Below are positions 60,110 through 64,000 of a stretch of 64,000 nt of DNA, in pieces. Each line of letters starts with the position of its first letter. Positions within the stretch are counted from its first letter, which is position 1. Source of the DNA: Lingula anatina. Its lineage: Eukaryota; Animalia; Brachiopoda. The notes beneath the pieces are model-generated. The model searched no databases. It was given only the letters and a program-made list of their open reading frames with translations, and was not told the DNA's origin. The stretch is from the NCBI GenBank assembly GCA_051362555.1, contig CM120645.1, forward strand, positions 13,888,001-13,952,000, in the 5' to 3' direction. Position numbers and translations under genes: made by a program.

Positions 60110-60523
60110 TTAACAATAGGACTCAAACCAGCCACACGAAATATAAAATCCATCAGATAAATATATTTTGATATTCAAAAATGCATAACAAACATTTAAT
60201 TATCTAAAATAATCAATGCCAGATTATAAACAAACAAATACTGTTCACTGACATTTGGAAGGAGTGCATAACTAGATGAATATATGAATACCAAATAAAA
60301 TTGACTTAGGCCTACGTGTAAATGTATAACCATATTACACGTCTTTGGTGAGTATCATCTGTACGCATATCTGTTGTGCCATTAAATGTATATCAAAAAT
60401 ACCAATTTACATTCTCAATACTTGTAGCACCTTTTTCTTCAAAACATACTTTTTATCGGTTTCAGGGTTGTCCAAAGGTCTTATCTTCTGGTTGAATACC
60501 ATCTATAGTTCTCGCTTCGTACT

Positions 60524-61834
60524 TCACACGAGTGGCGAGGTGGATGAAGCGGAGGTGCTGAGGGTGGACATTTCACACTTCACCTCAGTAGTGGCCACTG
60601 TAGCCACTTGATTGTCAGCCTCGTCGCTCTTGTTGGACATCGTGGACTCCCGATTATTGGAGGATTTGACCGTGGCATTGGTCTGCTCCTCGGTGGCACA
60701 GGTGCCGCAGATCATCTCGCGCAACCCAGAGCGAAATTTCTGGCCGATTAGGGTGTAGACGAAGAAGTTAAGAGCGGCGTTGACGGCAACGAGTAGGAAC
60801 AAGAACGGGATGAAATAGAAGTAGTTCATCAGAACATTCCTGGGGAGGAAATCGACGAAGGACATGACGATTTGTGAGAAGAATATAGGTGTTGTGCAGC
60901 ACATGAAGATGATGACGACGGCAACAAGGATATGGTTAATACTGTCGCGGTCCGTGGAGGTCTTGCCCATTGCCAGACGTTGTTTCTTGGACTCTCTCAA
61001 CTTCGAGATCAGCTTTCCGTTCATGATGGCCATGGCGCCAATCGGTATGATGTACATCACCAAAGTGGTGAGCACGATGCGATAGCTAATCTTCAGGGCG
61101 AAATTCTTCTGAAGAACCGTCTTGTAGCTCATGTCATCATTGTACGAAGTCAGGTACGTGATGCCGACGTCTTTCACGTCGAAGAACTTAGGCATGTTGA
61201 AGGCAATGCTGAAGAGGAACACGCCAGCCGCCTGGATGCGGGCGTGTTTCACCGAGGACATCTTCTTGGCGTGCAGCGGCTTGCAGACTGCGATGTAGCG
61301 GTGGATGGTGAGAAGTACCAACAACCACGTGGACGAAGTGATGAAAATGTAGTGGAGGGGATAGGTGTATAGGCTGAACTGGCGGTGGGCGAAGAAATAG
61401 TCCTCCAGTAAACCCGTATGGGGGTAGAAGAAGGCAAAGGAGAATTCCACGAGCGTATTAATCAGGATGAGGTTGTCGGACACGGCAAGGGCTTGGAGGA
61501 TGATCGAAGAGGGTCCCTTCTTCTTCTCGCGGAGGAACACCAGGAAGGCCAGAGTGTTGCCGCAGATACCGACCAGGCATACGACGGAGCTGATGCAGGA
61601 GAGCATGATGAAATTAAAGAAGTTTAGATTACCCGCTTCTCGGCCACGATGAGTACCGTTAGGGAACCGTTCAACGGCGGCCCAAAACCCGCCACTTTCA
61701 GAACCCCCTTGTGTAGTGGTCATCTCCCATGTGGTATCGTCAAGCTGGTCAACAATAGTTGTGGCGATTTCTCCAAGGAAGGAAGCGGTCACGTTCGCAA
61801 GTGCGGTTGTCACGTGTTCAGTCAAGTTTTCCAT
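60524..61834 (-). CDS. Rhodopsin-class 7TM GPCR, FMRFamide/sex-peptide receptor-like (single coding exon, ~436 aa from MENLTEH)
   Basis: Seven hydrophobic segments; motifs GICGN (TM1), LAVSD (TM2), HRYIAVCKPL (DRY variant), FNMPKFF, IIP, CTTP and NFFVY...KFR; N-terminal N-glycosylation sequons. A splice acceptor near 61866 suggests a 5'UTR intron. Confidence 0.9.
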   Translation of the reverse strand: MENLTEHVTTALANVTASFLGEIATTIVDQLDDTTWEMTTTQGGSESGGFWAAVERFPNGTHRGREAGNLNFFNFIMLSCISSVVCLVGICGNTLAFLVFLREKKKGPSSIILQALAVSDNLILINTLVEFSFAFFYPHTGLLEDYFFAHRQFSLYTYPLHYIFITSSTWLLVLLTIHRYIAVCKPLHAKKMSSVKHARIQAAGVFLFSIAFNMPKFFDVKDVGITYLTSYNDDMSYKTVLQKNFALKISYRIVLTTLVMYIIPIGAMAIMNGKLISKLRESKKQRLAMGKTSTDRDSINHILVAVVIIFMCCTTPIFFSQIVMSFVDFLPRNVLMNYFYFIPFLFLLVAVNAALNFFVYTLIGQKFRSGLREMICGTCATEEQTNATVKSSNNRESTMSNKSDEADNQVATVATTEVKCEMSTLSTSASSTSPLV

Positions 61835-64000
61835 TACAGTTGGGTTGATGCTACAGTGTTTTAGTCTGAAAATCAAGAAAGGATAACAAATCACGAATTA
61901 ATCATTAATTAGGCTAATTCCAACTACTAAAGTATAATACATGTGGTCTATAATAATAAACATTGATGATTTGGCCCCACCCCTGCACCTTACTTCATAA
62001 TTGTCTATTTGTCTCGGTGTAACAGGAATGGAAGTCCTAGTAATTGAAGCCCGGGCTCCCATATCATTAGTACAGGTTAAGGTTATTTGGAGTTCGTATA
62101 TGGGACCAATGTCACCTGCACATAGTAATGGGAAGAGTACTACAGTTCCTAGCGGACTTCCATTCCTGTTATACTGGCCCATCGTTACCAAAAAATGTAT
62201 GTGCACAGGCAGGCTGGGAGTGAAATGTGAGAGTGGTGAAGTTGGATCTTTTTGCTTTGAGAAGCAAGCAGGCTACATGTATGCAGAGTGTAAGGTCTGA
62301 TGTGAATAGTAAATACGTGCCCAGGCAATTATTTAGCCCGGTTTTACTGTCCTTCCAATCCATTTCTTATCGTGATGATGTAAATGATATTTTGTATCCT
62401 TTTTTAAATTATTACCGCCTAAATCTCGCAATTATTCTGGAATCTGTGCTTATTGGACCACGTGGACCTTCTTTGATGGCTAAGCTCTTAAAATATCTCA
62501 TTATCTTATTGTATATCTTAAGGACTTTTTACAAAAACAAACTTTATACAAAAAACATGGACTAACTTCGAATGTAGGAATGGATTCATTAACCACTGGG
62601 AAGTATGCAAAAATCGTCGTCTACCCCAGGAAATCCGTTTTTTGGCAAAAACGAACAAATGTTACCCCTAAAGTCATGTTGCAATGGCAGATTATTTTGA
62701 AGACTAAAACTATTTAAGTACATGAGTATGACGAAAGTATCAATCAGAACATCAACAAAACGCTGGTTGTTAATAACACAATCTGGTATGTCTACCAAAT
62801 TACCAATTCGATGGCATTTTGAATCAGTATACCCGGAAACAACATACCCCAGGAAGCAATACATTTATGTATGGTTTAGGTAAATGCTATGAATGACAGA
62901 TTGGAGTGGTATTGATTGGTTCCAATGGAATCTTAATCCTTTATTTGACATTATGTAATAATTTTTGATTGCCTTATTTGAAGTAACGGCAGGTTTTTAT
63001 TGATGTCTCTTAGATTGAATCTCGAGTTCTTTTTTTAGTAAATCTAATAAGAGATACGGATTTGATTTTTGAGCATTAATGAATTATTCTTGGGGTCGTT
63101 GGACGTAACGGTATCCTTCTTCCAGAACTGGTGTGTTTACTTTATTGATCCTTTGAAAGTGGATTCGGAATTTTTTCCCATTTTTGAATATGGTTTGATT
63201 GTGATTGTAAAGATAATTAGGCTTTCACGTTATTGCTTCTTGGACCTTACTCCCGTTATATTTTTAACCTACTACTGTACTCTTGAACGGTAGGTGTATT
63301 TCGGAATGTATTTAACTGAACCTTCATTACAACGCTTTATTTTGCGTAAGACTGAAAATCTTCCAGATCCTTTCCTCGGTCAACGGCTTCTTAATACCGC
63401 AGTCAACTGCTTGCGCGTGAAGCGCAAAATTACAATTTTTTCACATAGTACCACGTCGCAACTCACGCTTTTGCCAGAAATGTACGTTCTTAAGTGCATG
63501 TAATGAAATGTTTTTAATTAACAAATCTACTTAATCTGCGCGACATAACGCAGCAATACATTTCCAATTGACCTCGTTAATAGACATGTAAGTTTAGACG
63601 TGGCAATTAACACTGTTGTCAAATCGGTTTATTTTCCCGTAGTTTCCAATTCATATTGTTCTTAAAGATATTAGTTTTCGTACTGTTCTTAAAAATATTA
63701 GTTTTGTACGTATTATTAAGCCGTGTCCAACAGCGTACGTTTCCTTTCATACAAAAACACTGGTCTAAGTGAAATGTTATTAAATGCGTCAGTGGCTATT
63801 GTTCGATGATCTCGATTATTGCGAGGAAAGTAGTGTGTGCAACCTTTGTGCTCTATACTCCATGATACTGACGCAGAAAAAGTGTTTTGGCCACAATATC
63901 AGAATCGATTTTTGAGGTCAATTGGGACCTGTTATGCAACTGAAATTATCACTTATTTCAAGTGATTTCCTCCGGGTGGCAAAGAGGTGCAGTATGAGAA

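Noticed and set aside
60864-61864. Plus-strand ORFs overlapping the GPCR
   Set aside because: Antisense shadows of a GC-rich CDS.
62700-64000. Possible decayed coding or viral fragment on the - strand
   Set aside because: Only short frames with stops and no recognisable motif; a translated database search would be needed.

Overview
AT-rich, intron-rich animal DNA, probably from a lophotrochozoan such as a mollusc (inferred from gene content and repeat families). Host genes are the 3' part of a chitin synthase with two SAM-like domains (+), a secreted PAN/apple + CNTNAP-type fibrinogen-like protein (+), a head-to-head pair of ACAD9-like (-) and ACOX1 (+) with 368 bp between their start codons, and an FMRFamide-receptor-like GPCR with an intronless CDS (-). 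An apparently complete 4.9-kb ISL2EU (PIF/Harbinger-related) transposon fills an ACAD9 intron. It carries two convergent spliced genes: a SAP-SWIM-YqaJ exonuclease and a THAP-HTH-DDE transposase that is split by a single -1 frameshift at a T7 run. Five non-autonomous Helentron (HINE-type) copies are present. Their 146-bp tandem units carry a DR1/PPRE-like motif (AAGTAGGTCAAAGGTCA), and three large arrays lie in introns of the two beta-oxidation genes. The ACAD9-like protein has Pro in place of the catalytic Glu. Many MITEs (Harbinger-, EnSpm-, Kolobok-, IS3EU- and hAT/P-like), a foldback element and a tRNA-derived SINE are also present. Exon boundaries and family assignments were made by eye, without database searches.
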